From: an uncultured Chloroflexia bacterium | GTDB taxonomy: Bacteria; Chloroflexota; Limnocylindria; Limnocylindrales; CSP1-4 | Assembly (NCBI GenBank): GCA_963838115.1 | Contig: CAWIPU010000004.1 | Span: forward strand, 394,153 to 458,152 | Length of the DNA stretch: 64,000 bases | Reading direction: 5' to 3' | Part shown: in pieces, positions 1 through 11,024 of the stretch | Layout of the letters: the number at the start of each line of letters is the position of its first letter | Numbering within the stretch: the stretch's first letter is position 1 | Notes under the pieces: generated by a model | Told to the model about the DNA's origin: nothing | Database searches by the model: none | The model's input: the letters and a program-made list of their open reading frames with translations, nothing else | Translations under genes and position numbers: made by a program

Positions 1-1
1 C

Positions 2-142
2 ACCATGTATGAGTCGATCGAGGCGCGCGACTACATCGTGGTACAGGCGTTCACACTCATCATCGCAGTCATCTACCTGACCGTGAACCTGTTCGTGGAC
101 ATCTCCTACGCCTTCCTCGATCCCCGGATCCGGCTCAAGTGA
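2..142 (+). CDS. peptide ABC transporter permease, C-terminal fragment (OppB/DppB-type); 5' end lies outside the window
   Basis: Translation ends ...[18 protein letters not shown], the canonical OppB/DppB C-terminus; its stop overlaps the GTG start of the next permease gene. Confidence 0.7.
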   Translation, partial: TMYESIEARDYIVVQAFTLIIAVIYLTVNLFVDISYAFLDPRIRLK

Positions 143-1116
143 GGGCGCCGTCGGTGAGCGAAGCCAAGGTGGCCGCGCAAAGCGCGCAGACCTCGGGCTC
201 GGCCCGCAGTGCCAAGGTCCGCGAGACACTCCGCAACATCCTGGCCCAGCGCTCGGCGCGGGTCGGTCTCTTCCTCCTCGTCATCCTGGTCCTGACGGCG
301 GTCTTCGCCGACGTCATCGCCCCGTATGCCCCCAACGACAACCTCAACGGCCCAGGTGAGCCGGGCCGGCGAGCCGAACCCTGCATCCACCTCTTCTATG
401 AGCTTCCCGTCCTCGGCGCATGGGGCTGTCCGGCGGACCAGCCGGAAACATGGTTGGGTACCGACGGCAACAGTCGCGATATCTTCAGCCGCGTCGTCCA
501 CGGTTCGCGCGTCTCGCTGCCCCTGGGGCCGATCGTGGTCGGCTTCGCCATCCTCATCGGCGCACTCTTCGGCGCGGTCGCGGGCTGGGCCAGCGGATGG
601 CCCGACAACGTCCTCATGCGCATGATGGACATCGTGCTCTCTTTCCCGGCGCTGATCCTGGCCATCGCCATCGTCACGCTCATCGGCAACGGCCTCTACA
701 ACGCCGTGGCCGCGGTGGTCATCGTCTCCATCCCCCTGTACGCACGCCTCACGCGCTCCGCCGTGCTCTCGACGCGCGAGAAGGATTTCGTGACAGCCTC
801 GCGGGCCTTGGGTGAGTCCAGCTCGGGAATCCTGCGTCGGCGCATCATCCCCAACTCCATCACCCCGCTCATCGTGGCGGGCTCGCTCGGTATCGCCACA
901 GCCGTGCTGGAAGTCGCGGCACTCTCGTTCCTGGGGCTGGGCATCTCGGAGCCGACGGCCGAGTGGGGCGCCATGATCGGTCGGGACTTCAACTCCATCT
1001 TCACGCGACCAATGCTGGTGCTCGCTCCCGCGATCGCGCTGACGCTCATGGTGCTGGGCTTCAATCTGCTTGGTGACGGGGTCCGCGACGCGCTCGACCC
1101 GAGGCTCAACAGGTGA
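139..1116 (+). CDS. peptide ABC transporter permease (OppC/DppC-type)
   Basis: 325-aa ORF with six TM segments and an ABC permease signature; start and stop are translationally coupled to the flanking genes. Confidence 0.85.
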   Translation: MRAPSVSEAKVAAQSAQTSGSARSAKVRETLRNILAQRSARVGLFLLVILVLTAVFADVIAPYAPNDNLNGPGEPGRRAEPCIHLFYELPVLGAWGCPADQPETWLGTDGNSRDIFSRVVHGSRVSLPLGPIVVGFAILIGALFGAVAGWASGWPDNVLMRMMDIVLSFPALILAIAIVTLIGNGLYNAVAAVVIVSIPLYARLTRSAVLSTREKDFVTASRALGESSSGILRRRIIPNSITPLIVAGSLGIATAVLEVAALSFLGLGISEPTAEWGAMIGRDFNSIFTRPMLVLAPAIALTLMVLGFNLLGDGVRDALDPRLNR

Positions 1117-2163
1117 GCGACCCGATGGGCGATGGCACACCGATCCTGGAGGTCAAGGGCCTCAAGACCTCCTTCTACACGCGCGCCGGTGTCATCCGTG
1201 CTGTGACCGGTATCGACTTCCACGTCAACAAAGGTGAGGTCCTTGGCCTCGTCGGGGAGTCAGGCTGCGGCAAGTCGGTGACGTCGCTGAGCATCCTCGG
1301 CTTGGTCGGCGAGCCCGGCATCGTCGAGGCCGGCGAGGTGATGTTCGGCGGGCGAGACCTGCTGACGCTCTCGGACAATGAGATGCGTGCGATCCGTGGC
1401 GACCGCATCGCCATGATCTTCCAGCAGCCGCAGTCGTCGCTGAACCCGGTCATGAAGGTCGGCCCCCAGATCACCGAGGCGCTGCTCATCCATCGAGACC
1501 TCGATGAGAAAGGAGCGCGAGCACGCAGCCTCGAACTCATGGAGATGGTGGGCATCCCGGACCCCAAGGCTCGCTACGAGGCCTATCCATTCGAGATGTC
1601 CGGCGGCATGGCGCAGCGCGTCATGATCGCTATCGCCCTCTCCTGCGAGCCGGAGCTGCTCATCGCGGACGAGCCCACGACCGCGCTCGACGTCACCATC
1701 CAGGCGCAGATCCTGGACCTGATGCGTACGCTCCAGAAGGAGACCGGCACGGCCATCGTGCTCATCACCCACGACCTTGGTGTGGTCGCTGAGATGTGTG
1801 ACCGTGCCGCGGTCATGTACGCGGGCGAGATCGTCGAACAGACGGACGTGCGCACGCTGTTCGCTGACCCCAGGCATCCCTACACCCAGGGGCTCATCGG
1901 CGCCGTACCGGTGCCCGGTGAGAGTCCTCGACGAGCTCGCGACCATCCCGGGTTCGGTGCCCAATCTCATCGAGCTGCCCGATGGCTGCCGCTTCGCTCC
2001 CCGCTGCGGGGCACGCGTGGAGCACGGTAACGTGCTGGCGGAGCGGGTCCACCCGGAGCTGCGTCCGGTGACCGACGGACACGTGGTGCGCTGCTGGCTC
2101 TACCACCATGAGGACGGCAGCCTCCGTCCCGACCCGGATGTGTGGCCGGAGGCTGGGTCGTGA
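1113..2163 (+). pseudogene. peptide ABC transporter ATP-binding protein (OppD/DppD-type) with an interrupted reading frame (+1 shift near 1918-1924)
   Basis: Frame 0 (1113..) carries Walker A GESGCGKS, the LSGG signature and Walker B, up to ...AVPVPGE. The conserved C-terminal motif [27 protein letters not shown] continues only in the +1 frame (ORF 1777..2163). Confidence 0.8.
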
Positions 2164-3269
2164 CCGGGACCGACAGGGTCGAGACCGAGGCCAAGGTGCT
2201 CACGACGTTGGGCACCACCCGGGTCAAGGACCCACTGGTTCGCCTCGATGGGCTCAAGAAGGCCTTTCCCATCAAGGCCGGGGTGCTGCAGCGGACCGTT
2301 GCCGAGCTGCGCGCGGTCGATGGCGTGGACCTTGAGATCGGCCGTGGTGAGACCTTGGGCCTGGTCGGCGAATCGGGCTGCGGCAAGACCACCATCGGGC
2401 GTCTGCTGCTGCGCCTCATCGAGCCCACCGGCGGCCGCATCATCTTCGACGGCACGGACATCACCGAATTTCAGGGCAAGGACCTGCAGCCCTACCGGCG
2501 CAAGATGCAGATCGTCTTCCAGGACCCCTTCGCTTCACTCGATCCGCGGCAGCTGGTCGGCGACAGCATCGGCGAGGGACTGCGTATCCACGACATCGGC
2601 ACCAACGCCGAGCGGCGCAAGAAGGTCGCTGACATGATGGACCTGGTGGGCTTGCAGCCCTACCACGCCGACCGCTACCCACACGAGTTCAGTGGCGGTC
2701 AGCGGCAGCGCATCGGTATCGCGCGCGCGCTCGTCCTGGAACCCGAGATCATCGTCTGTGACGAGCCGGTCTCCGCGCTCGACGTGTCCATCCAGGCCCA
2801 GGTGCTGAACTTGCTCAAGTCGCTGCAGAAGGAGTTCGGCCTGACGTACCTGTTCATCGCCCACAATCTCGGCGTGGTCGAGCACATCAGTGACCGGGTC
2901 GCGGTGATGTACTTGGGTCGCGTCGCCGAGCTCACCGACCGCGAACAGCTCTACCGTGACCCACGCCATCCCTACACCATGGCGCTGATGTCGGCCATCC
3001 CTCTGCCGGACCCCACCATCAAACGCAAGCGCATCATCCTGACCGGCGACGTGCCCAGCCCAGTCAACCCGCCGGAGGGCTGCAACTTCCATCCGCGCTG
3101 CTGGCTGCGTCACCACCTTGACGACCCTGAGGTCTGCGTCACGGACGTGCCCCAGTTGGTCGATCCCACGCGCGACGACGGCGAGGAGCAGCTGGTCGCC
3201 TGCCATTTCCGCGACAGGAGCGCCGTCGAGCTGGAAAATGCCTCGCGGGTCGAGGAAGTGGTCAGCTAA
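2142..3269 (+). CDS. peptide ABC transporter ATP-binding protein (OppF/DppF-type); the true start may be the GTG at 2160
   Basis: Walker [17 protein letters not shown], Walker [13 protein letters not shown] and the C-terminal oligopeptide-ABC domain. Confidence 0.85.
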   Translation: MAGGWVVTGTDRVETEAKVLTTLGTTRVKDPLVRLDGLKKAFPIKAGVLQRTVAELRAVDGVDLEIGRGETLGLVGESGCGKTTIGRLLLRLIEPTGGRIIFDGTDITEFQGKDLQPYRRKMQIVFQDPFASLDPRQLVGDSIGEGLRIHDIGTNAERRKKVADMMDLVGLQPYHADRYPHEFSGGQRQRIGIARALVLEPEIIVCDEPVSALDVSIQAQVLNLLKSLQKEFGLTYLFIAHNLGVVEHISDRVAVMYLGRVAELTDREQLYRDPRHPYTMALMSAIPLPDPTIKRKRIILTGDVPSPVNPPEGCNFHPRCWLRHHLDDPEVCVTDVPQLVDPTRDDGEEQLVACHFRDRSAVELENASRVEEVVS

Positions 3270-3295
3270 GGATCCAGGACGAGGAGGACGAGGCC

Positions 3296-4540
3296 GTGCC
3301 GACGGTGGTGCTGGTGGGAACACTCGACACCAAGGGTGCGGAGCTGCGCTATCTGCGCGATCGCATCATCGAGGCCGGCTGCGAGGTGACCCTGGTCGAC
3401 GCCAGCGTGCGCCGCAACGATGTGGACGCCAGCATCAGCGCCGATATCGATGCCGACCAGGTCGCAGCTGCGGCCGGTGAGGACCGCGCGGCACTGGCGG
3501 CGGCGGCCGACCGCGGCCGGGCCGTCATGGCCATGGCACGCGGCGCGACCGAGATCGTGCGGCAGCTGCACGCGAAGGGTGGTCTGGATGGCATCGGCGG
3601 GTTGGGCGGCTCAGGCGGCACGTCGATCGTGGCTGCGGCCATGCGGGCCTTGCCGGCGGGCGTCCCCAAGCTGCTGGTCTCGACGATGGCCTCAGGCGAC
3701 ACGCGACCCTATGTGGGCACCTCGGACATCGCCATGCTCTACCCCATCGTCGACATCGCCGGCATCAACCAGCTGTCCGAGCGGATCCTGGCCAACGCGG
3801 CCGGGGCCTTGGCGGGCATGACCCTGGCGGCTGCTCGTTTCGAATCAACACGGCCTTCGCGACCCGTCGTAGCCGCCACGGCCTATGGTGTGACCACGCC
3901 TTGTGTCGAGGTCGCCCGCGACTGGCTCGAGGCACGCGGCTACGAGGTGCTGGCCTTTCACGCCACCGGCTCCGGTGGCCGGGCGATGGAGTCGTTGATC
4001 CGCTCAGGCCTCATCAGCGGCGTCCTTGACATCACCCTCAGCGAGATCACCGATGAGATCGTGGGTGGCGCGTTGAGTGCCGGCCCAGAGCGCCTCGACG
4101 CTGCGGCGGAGGTCGGTATCCCCCAGGTCGTCTCGCTGGGTGCAGTCGAGATGGTCACCTTCGGTCCACCGGATTCGGTGCCCAGCTACTACCAGGATCG
4201 TCTCCTCTATCGCCACAACGACAGCATCACGCTCATGCGCATCTCGGCTGCGGAGTCGGAGCGCCTGGGTCAGGAGATCGCAGCCAAGCTGAACCGGGCG
4301 ACGGGTCCGGTGAGCGTGTTCATCCCCAAGGCTGGCATGTCATCGCTGTCGGTCCGGGGCGCGGTCTTCCATGACCCAGTGGCGGATGTCGCGCTGTTCG
4401 ACGCGCTGCGCGCCTCCCTCGCCCCAAGGATCGACCTCGTGGAAATGGGCACACACATCAACGACCCTGCCTTCGCACGGGCGATGGCCGAGCGGCTGTA
4501 CGCGTTCTGCAGCGCCAGGCGCGGGGTCGAACGACCCTAG
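3296..4540 (+). CDS. UPF0261 family protein (N-terminal domain of Tm-1-like proteins)
   Basis: 414-aa ORF starting MPTVVLVGTLDTKGAELRYLRD, with GAGGEE RBS upstream of a GTG start. Its stop overlaps the convergent ABC gene stop (CTAG). Confidence 0.6.
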   Translation: MPTVVLVGTLDTKGAELRYLRDRIIEAGCEVTLVDASVRRNDVDASISADIDADQVAAAAGEDRAALAAAADRGRAVMAMARGATEIVRQLHAKGGLDGIGGLGGSGGTSIVAAAMRALPAGVPKLLVSTMASGDTRPYVGTSDIAMLYPIVDIAGINQLSERILANAAGALAGMTLAAARFESTRPSRPVVAATAYGVTTPCVEVARDWLEARGYEVLAFHATGSGGRAMESLIRSGLISGVLDITLSEITDEIVGGALSAGPERLDAAAEVGIPQVVSLGAVEMVTFGPPDSVPSYYQDRLLYRHNDSITLMRISAAESERLGQEIAAKLNRATGPVSVFIPKAGMSSLSVRGAVFHDPVADVALFDALRASLAPRIDLVEMGTHINDPAFARAMAERLYAFCSARRGVERP

Positions 4541-5630
4541 TCACGGGTCACGGATGCGGGCAGCGCGATGTCCTTGGCAGCCGCATCGATGCGCTCGGCT
4601 GAGATCTGCTCGCTGAAGTGGCAGGCCACACTCTGGCCGGGCGCGATCTCGCGCAGCTCGGGCCGCTCCGTGTCGCACTCCACGGGATCGCCCAGCTGCT
4701 CACGCAGCCAGCAGCGTCCCTTGAACCGGCAGCCGTCGATCGGGGCGACTGGAGACGGTACGTCACCCTTGAGGATGATGCGCTTGCGGCGTCGGGTGGG
4801 GTCCGGCTCGGGTACTGCCGTGAGCAGCGCGATGGTGTACGGGTGACGAGGGTCGGCGTAGAGCGTCTCGGAGTCGGCCAGCTCCACGATGCCGCCGAGA
4901 TACATCACGCCCACCCGGTCGCTGACGTACTGCACCACCGAGAGGTTGTGGGCGATGAACAGGTAGGTCAGATCGAACTCGGCCCGCAGGTCCAACAGCA
5001 GGTTGAGGATCTGACTCTGGATCGAGACGTCGAGGGCTGACACCGGCTCATCACAGACGATGAACTCGGGCTCCAGCGCGAGTGAGCGGGCGATGCCGAT
5101 GCGCTGGCGCTGGCCACCGGAGAACTCGTGTGGGAACCGTCTGGCATAGTCCCGTCGTAGGCCCACCCGCTCAAGGTAGTCGCCGATGCGCTCCTCGCGG
5201 ATGCTCCGGGTGCCCCAGCCGTTCTCCTTGTCCGCCTGAGCCAGGAGCCCCTCCCCGATGATGTCGTTGACGGGCATGCGCGGGTTCAGCGAGCCATACG
5301 GATCCTGGTAGATGATCTGGAGCTGGCGGCGCAACCGGCGCAGCTGCTCACTCGGAAGGTGGCTGATCTCCTGGCCGTGGAAGTAGACCCGTCCCCCGGT
5401 CGCCGGAAGCAGCTGCAGGAGGGTGCGACCGAGCGTCGACTTGCCGCAGCCCGACTCACCGACAAGGCCCAGGACCTCGCCCTTGGCCACCTTGAAGCTG
5501 ACGCCATCCACGGCCCTGACATCACCCACCTTGCGACGCAACACGCCCGCGTGGATGGGGTAGTACTTGTAGAGTTCGTCGACCGCGACCAGCGCCTCAG
5601 GCGCCTCGGGCTGCACCGAACCGTCCTGGG

Positions 5631-5634
<4 letters not shown>
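4537..5634 (-). CDS. peptide ABC transporter ATP-binding protein (OppF-type)
   Basis: [17 protein letters not shown] and [11 protein letters not shown]. The GTG start at 5634 overlaps the upstream gene's stop (GTGA), so the 431-aa ORF-track version is over-extended. Confidence 0.85.
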
Positions 5635-6738
<1,104 letters not shown>

Positions 6739-6746
<8 letters not shown>

Positions 6747-7770
6747 GGGCCCTGGGGTCGAATGCATCGCGGAGACCGTCGCCCATGAAGTTGATGCCGA
6801 TGACCATGAAGGCGATGGCCATGCCCGGGAAGAACGCCCACCACCAGTTGCCCAGGATGAGCTGACCTTGGGACGCGGACAGGGCCGTACCCCAGCTGAT
6901 GTCCGAGTTGCGGATGCCGAAGCCGAGGAAGCTGACGAAGGCCTCGAGGATGATGGCGTTGGCCACGATCAGCGTGGCTGAGACGATGATCGGACCCAGC
7001 GCGTTGGGGAGGATGTGCCGGAAGGCCAGCCGACGATCGTTGACGCCGACCGCTCGTGCCGCATCCACGTACTCCTGTTCTCGGAGGGACAGGTACAGCG
7101 CCCGCGTGAGCCGTGCCAGGGTCGGCCAGGACAACAGCCCGAACATGATCATCAGCAGCAGCGGGTCGCCGCCACCGAAGAAGGCGGCCGCGACGAGGAT
7201 GATGAACAGGAACGGGATGGCCAGCATGAGGTCGACGAAGCGCATCAGGATCGAGTCCATCCGGCCCCCATAGAATCCCGCGGCCACACCGACCGACACG
7301 CCCACGGTGGTGGCGATGACCATCGTCACGAGGCCGAAGGCCACCGACAATCGCGCACCGTTGACGACGAGCTCAAAGACACTCCGCCCCAGGTAGTCGG
7401 TGCCGAAGATATTCTGCATGGTTGGACGATCACCACCCGGGTGCGTGATGCGGGTCAGGTCGAGCGCATCGTAGGGCCAGATGATGGGTCCGAAGATGGC
7501 GATGAAGACCATGACGCCGACCATGATGCTGCCGACGACGGCCATGCGGTGCTTGCGAAAACGTCGCCACGCCAGCTGCCACTGGCTCAAGGGCTCCAGC
7601 GATACCTCGTAGTCCTCGTCGTACGCGGCCGCCAGGACCTCGCGGGCTGCGGGACTGTGGAGAATGGAGTCACCGGGCCCCTGGAACTCGCCGGATTGCT
7701 CATAGACCCCAACCACGCGCTCGTCCATCACGTCCTGGGGCTCCTGGAAACGGTCGCTCCGGTCCGGCAT
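6739..7770 (-). CDS. peptide ABC transporter permease (OppC-type)
   Basis: 343 aa with multiple TM segments; the permease C-terminus resembles DppC. Confidence 0.85.
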
Positions 7771-7774
7771 CCGA

Positions 7775-8884
7775 CTAGTACCGGATCCGCGGATCGACCA
7801 CGGCGTAGACGATGTCGGCGATGAGGTTCGCCAGCAGGATGGCGAACGACGACATCATGATCAACACCATCAAGACATAGTAGTCGCGCTCATTGACCGA
7901 GGTGATGAAGAGCCGGCCGATGCCCGGCCAGCTGAAGATGGTCTCTACGACGACGGCTCCGGAAACCAGGAAGGGGATCTCCAGCGCGATGTTGGTGGTC
8001 ACCGGCAGCATGGCGTTACGAAAGGCGTGGCGATAGATGACGCGGCGCGCGGAGAGACCCTTGGCCTTGGCGGTGCGCACGAAATCCGCGCTCAGCGTCT
8101 CCAGCATCGAGGCGCGCACGAAACGGCTGTCTGCGGCGATGTTCACGGCCACCAGCGTGATCACCGGGAGGATCAGGTGGCGGCCGACGTCCCAGAGCGC
8201 GTCGAGCGGCCGCTCACCCGCTGCCGCCCAAAACTGCGACGAACCGAATGCGGGCCAGTCACGAGCGGCGACCACACCCCCGGTGGGCAGCAGGTGCAGC
8301 GCCGGACCAAACGCGAAGATCAGCATCAAGCCCAGCCAGAACGTGGGCAGCGAGTACATGATGTAGGTGATGAAGGTCAGTACCTGGTCCTGGACGGAAT
8401 AGCGACGTACCGCCGCGTACACGCCCAGCACGATGGCCGTACCCACCCACAGAACGAGGGCGACACCGGCCAGGACCAGGGTGGCGGGCAAGCGCTCCAT
8501 GATCATCTCGCCGACCGGCCTGGCCGTGTTGAGACTATTGCCGAGGTCACCGTGAACCAGGCCATTGTCTCCACCGCCGAGGAAGCCCGGTAGGACGTTC
8601 AGTCCGCCGTCATCCGAGAAGAACGCATCGAATCCATCGCGGCTGCAATTGAGGATGCCGGACCAGCCGCCGAACATGCGCAGGATCGCGGCGGGATCCT
8701 TGGAGTCCTCCAGGCACCACCGATCGAGCCATGCCTCCTTCACTTCCTGGGTCATCCGCGGGTTGGCCTGGACTGATCCTGCCGGTCCCCCTGGAGCCAT
8801 GAGCAGGAGCAGATAGCTGAGGATGACGACCCCGATGAAGAGCGGGATCAGACCCAACAGACGGCGGATGATGTAGGTGGTCAA
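7775..8884 (-). CDS. peptide ABC transporter permease (OppB-type)
   Basis: 369 aa ending ...IADIVYAVVDPRIRY, the OppB signature C-terminus. Confidence 0.85.
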   Translation of the reverse strand: MTTYIIRRLLGLIPLFIGVVILSYLLLLMAPGGPAGSVQANPRMTQEVKEAWLDRWCLEDSKDPAAILRMFGGWSGILNCSRDGFDAFFSDDGGLNVLPGFLGGGDNGLVHGDLGNSLNTARPVGEMIMERLPATLVLAGVALVLWVGTAIVLGVYAAVRRYSVQDQVLTFITYIMYSLPTFWLGLMLIFAFGPALHLLPTGGVVAARDWPAFGSSQFWAAAGERPLDALWDVGRHLILPVITLVAVNIAADSRFVRASMLETLSADFVRTAKAKGLSARRVIYRHAFRNAMLPVTTNIALEIPFLVSGAVVVETIFSWPGIGRLFITSVNERDYYVLMVLIMMSSFAILLANLIADIVYAVVDPRIRY

Positions 8885-8921
8885 TCGGGCAGCCTTTGGC
8901 CTGGAAGCAGGTCGCGGGAGC

Positions 8922-8988
8922 TAGGGGTCCGCAGACCCCTAGACAGGGAGCCGACCCGGACGGGCGCTGAGCACCCGTCCGGGTCGGT
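8922..8988 (-). other. two perfect intercistronic stem-loops (9 bp and 12-14 bp stems) between the substrate-binding gene and the permease genes
   Basis: ctaggggtc-cgca-gacccctag at 8922..8943 and ccgacccggacggg-[9 nt]-cccgtccgggtcgg at 8952..8988. Neither is followed by a U-tract. Confidence 0.45.
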
Positions 8989-9020
8989 CTTCACATCAGT
9001 GGTGAAGTGCGTGGAAGATG

Positions 9021-10862
9021 CTACTGGTTCAGATACCAGTCTCCGACATTCCACATGTCAGTCGCGGTGCCGGGGTTCTGGAGGTAGTTCTGGAGATTGG
9101 AATTGACGCCGCGGACGTTGCTCCGGTAGTAGAGCACCGTCTCCGACTGCACCTCGGTAAGGACACGCTGGATCTCGTGGGCCAAGGCCACGGCTTCAGC
9201 CTGGTCAGTGGCGCCGAAGAGGTCGTCCAGCGCCTTGTCCAGGCGAGGATCGCTGAGGCGGGTGAAGTTGGCGCCGTTGCCGTTGTTCTCGTCGCTAGGG
9301 ATCCACTTGGAGTGGTAGACCGTATAGGTATTGCCGAAGAGATCGAACCCGGAGACCCAGGCGAACTCGGTGGTGTCGAAGTTGCCGTGGGCCAGGTTGC
9401 ACTGGGACTCCGGACCGGCCTCGTTCCAGCCGGCGAAGATGGTCTCCGGTGCAGCCGTGTTGACCAGCTCGATTCCCAGGTCGCGGAACTTGCTGGCGAG
9501 ATAGTCGCCGGACGCGACGCGATACCCGGCGCCGGTAGTGCAGTGAAGCAGGCTCAGCTTGACGCCGTCCTTGTCACGGATGCCGTCTCCGTCGGAGTCG
9601 ACCCAACCGGACTCGTCCAGCAGTTGCTTGGACTTCTCCGGGTCGTACTCGATGCAGGTCAGGCCTTCCTCGGTACGGTAGTACAGACCGGGCGGCACCG
9701 GGCTGCAGGGATCGTATTCACCCAACGGGACGCCGGGCCACACGACCTGATAGAGCTCATCCTTGTCGATGGCCAGGCTGAGGGCCATGCGCACGTTGGG
9801 ATCGGCAAGCGCCGGGTGACCCTTGCCGGGCTCCAGGCCAGCCTGATTGGCGTCGAAGTGCTCGTACTCCCAGGCCGGCTCGATGCGGACCTCGCCGATG
9901 CCGGGATCGACACCGGCGATGGCCGTGTAGTCGCCCTGTTGAAGGTCGGTCGCGAGGTCAAGCTCACCGGCCAGGAACGAAGCGATCATGGCGTCCTTGG
10001 AGCCGTCGAAGAAGCTGTACACGACGCGATCGAGATACGCCGGCTCGCCCGTCCAGGGGCTGACCCAGTTGTCGTTGCGGACCATCTCGATGGCACTGGG
10101 GCTGGCGCTGGCGTACTTGTAGGGACCGGACACCGGCGCGTCCACGAGGGCCGGGCCAACGGGATAGGACAACTCGGCTGCATCGGCGACCGGGATCTGG
10201 GACATGTAGTGCTCGGGCAGAGCCGGGTAGTTGAAGAGACCCAGATAGCCGGTGAACCCGGAGCAGAAGTGCAACGTCGCGGACAGGCCGTCATCCGAGA
10301 CATCGAAGCGGTCGACGAGGTCATAGCCGTCGGTGCTCGGCCACAGGCCGGTGTTGTCCGGGTCGAGGACCCAATCGAAGGTGTACTTGTAGTCGTTCAA
10401 CGTGATCGGCTCGCCGTCGCTCCAAAGGAGTCCCGGACGCATGTCCACGTCCATCTCGAAGCCAGGGATGTCCTCGAAGCCGGGGCGCACGTTGGGGCAC
10501 TCGGCGGTCGGCTCTGTGTCGATCCGGATGCCGCCGTTGGCGATGGTCGGGACCGTCGTCGCCTGTTCGGCGATGTACTTGCCCGCGCTGGACACGTCCC
10601 ACAGCTGGTCGAATGCGGAAGCACTCACCTGGCTGTTGGTCATGGCCGAGATGTAGTACGGGTTGAGCTGATCGGGGATCTGCCAGTCAGCGATGACCAC
10701 GGTGCCCCCGGGCGTACCTGCCTCTGGGGTGTAGTCGCCTGGCTGACTGATCATGATGTCATCGACGTTGTCGGTCTGGGCCATGGCTGGTGTGCCAAAG
10801 GCCGAGGTGGCCAGTGCCGCAGCAGCTCCGAGCGCGAATGCGCGCTTCTTGCCGGGACTCAT
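9021..10862 (-). CDS. ABC transporter substrate-binding protein, family 5 (peptide/nickel type)
   Basis: Family-5 SBP fold. The start MSPGKKRAFALGAAAALA has a signal peptide and a GGGAGGAA RBS about 11 nt upstream (ATG at 10862); the ORF-track start at 10973 is over-extended. Confidence 0.85.
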   Translation of the reverse strand: MSPGKKRAFALGAAAALATSAFGTPAMAQTDNVDDIMISQPGDYTPEAGTPGGTVVIADWQIPDQLNPYYISAMTNSQVSASAFDQLWDVSSAGKYIAEQATTVPTIANGGIRIDTEPTAECPNVRPGFEDIPGFEMDVDMRPGLLWSDGEPITLNDYKYTFDWVLDPDNTGLWPSTDGYDLVDRFDVSDDGLSATLHFCSGFTGYLGLFNYPALPEHYMSQIPVADAAELSYPVGPALVDAPVSGPYKYASASPSAIEMVRNDNWVSPWTGEPAYLDRVVYSFFDGSKDAMIASFLAGELDLATDLQQGDYTAIAGVDPGIGEVRIEPAWEYEHFDANQAGLEPGKGHPALADPNVRMALSLAIDKDELYQVVWPGVPLGEYDPCSPVPPGLYYRTEEGLTCIEYDPEKSKQLLDESGWVDSDGDGIRDKDGVKLSLLHCTTGAGYRVASGDYLASKFRDLGIELVNTAAPETIFAGWNEAGPESQCNLAHGNFDTTEFAWVSGFDLFGNTYTVYHSKWIPSDENNGNGANFTRLSDPRLDKALDDLFGATDQAEAVALAHEIQRVLTEVQSETVLYYRSNVRGVNSNLQNYLQNPGTATDMWNVGDWYLNQ

Positions 10863-11024
10863 AACAAGCATTTCCTCCCTTTCGTCACGTCCGTGTCTTG
10901 GTGGCACCGATCGTGAGGGCGCGACCGTCGGCCGCTCCCGTACGTGCACAGTACTGCACGACGCCGGTGGCATGGCCTCAGGCAGTTGGATTGTATCGAG
11001 CCTCCGCGCTGGGGTCTAGCACGT

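Noticed and set aside
106-1223. Long antisense ORFs (344 aa, 175 aa, and so on) opposite the ABC permease/ATPase genes, and similar ones throughout (for example 9018..10916, 11511..13001, 13178..14296, 19311..20312)
   Set aside because: Typical high-GC antisense open frames; the products are Arg/Asp/Gly/His-rich low-complexity, while the opposite strand has clear homology.
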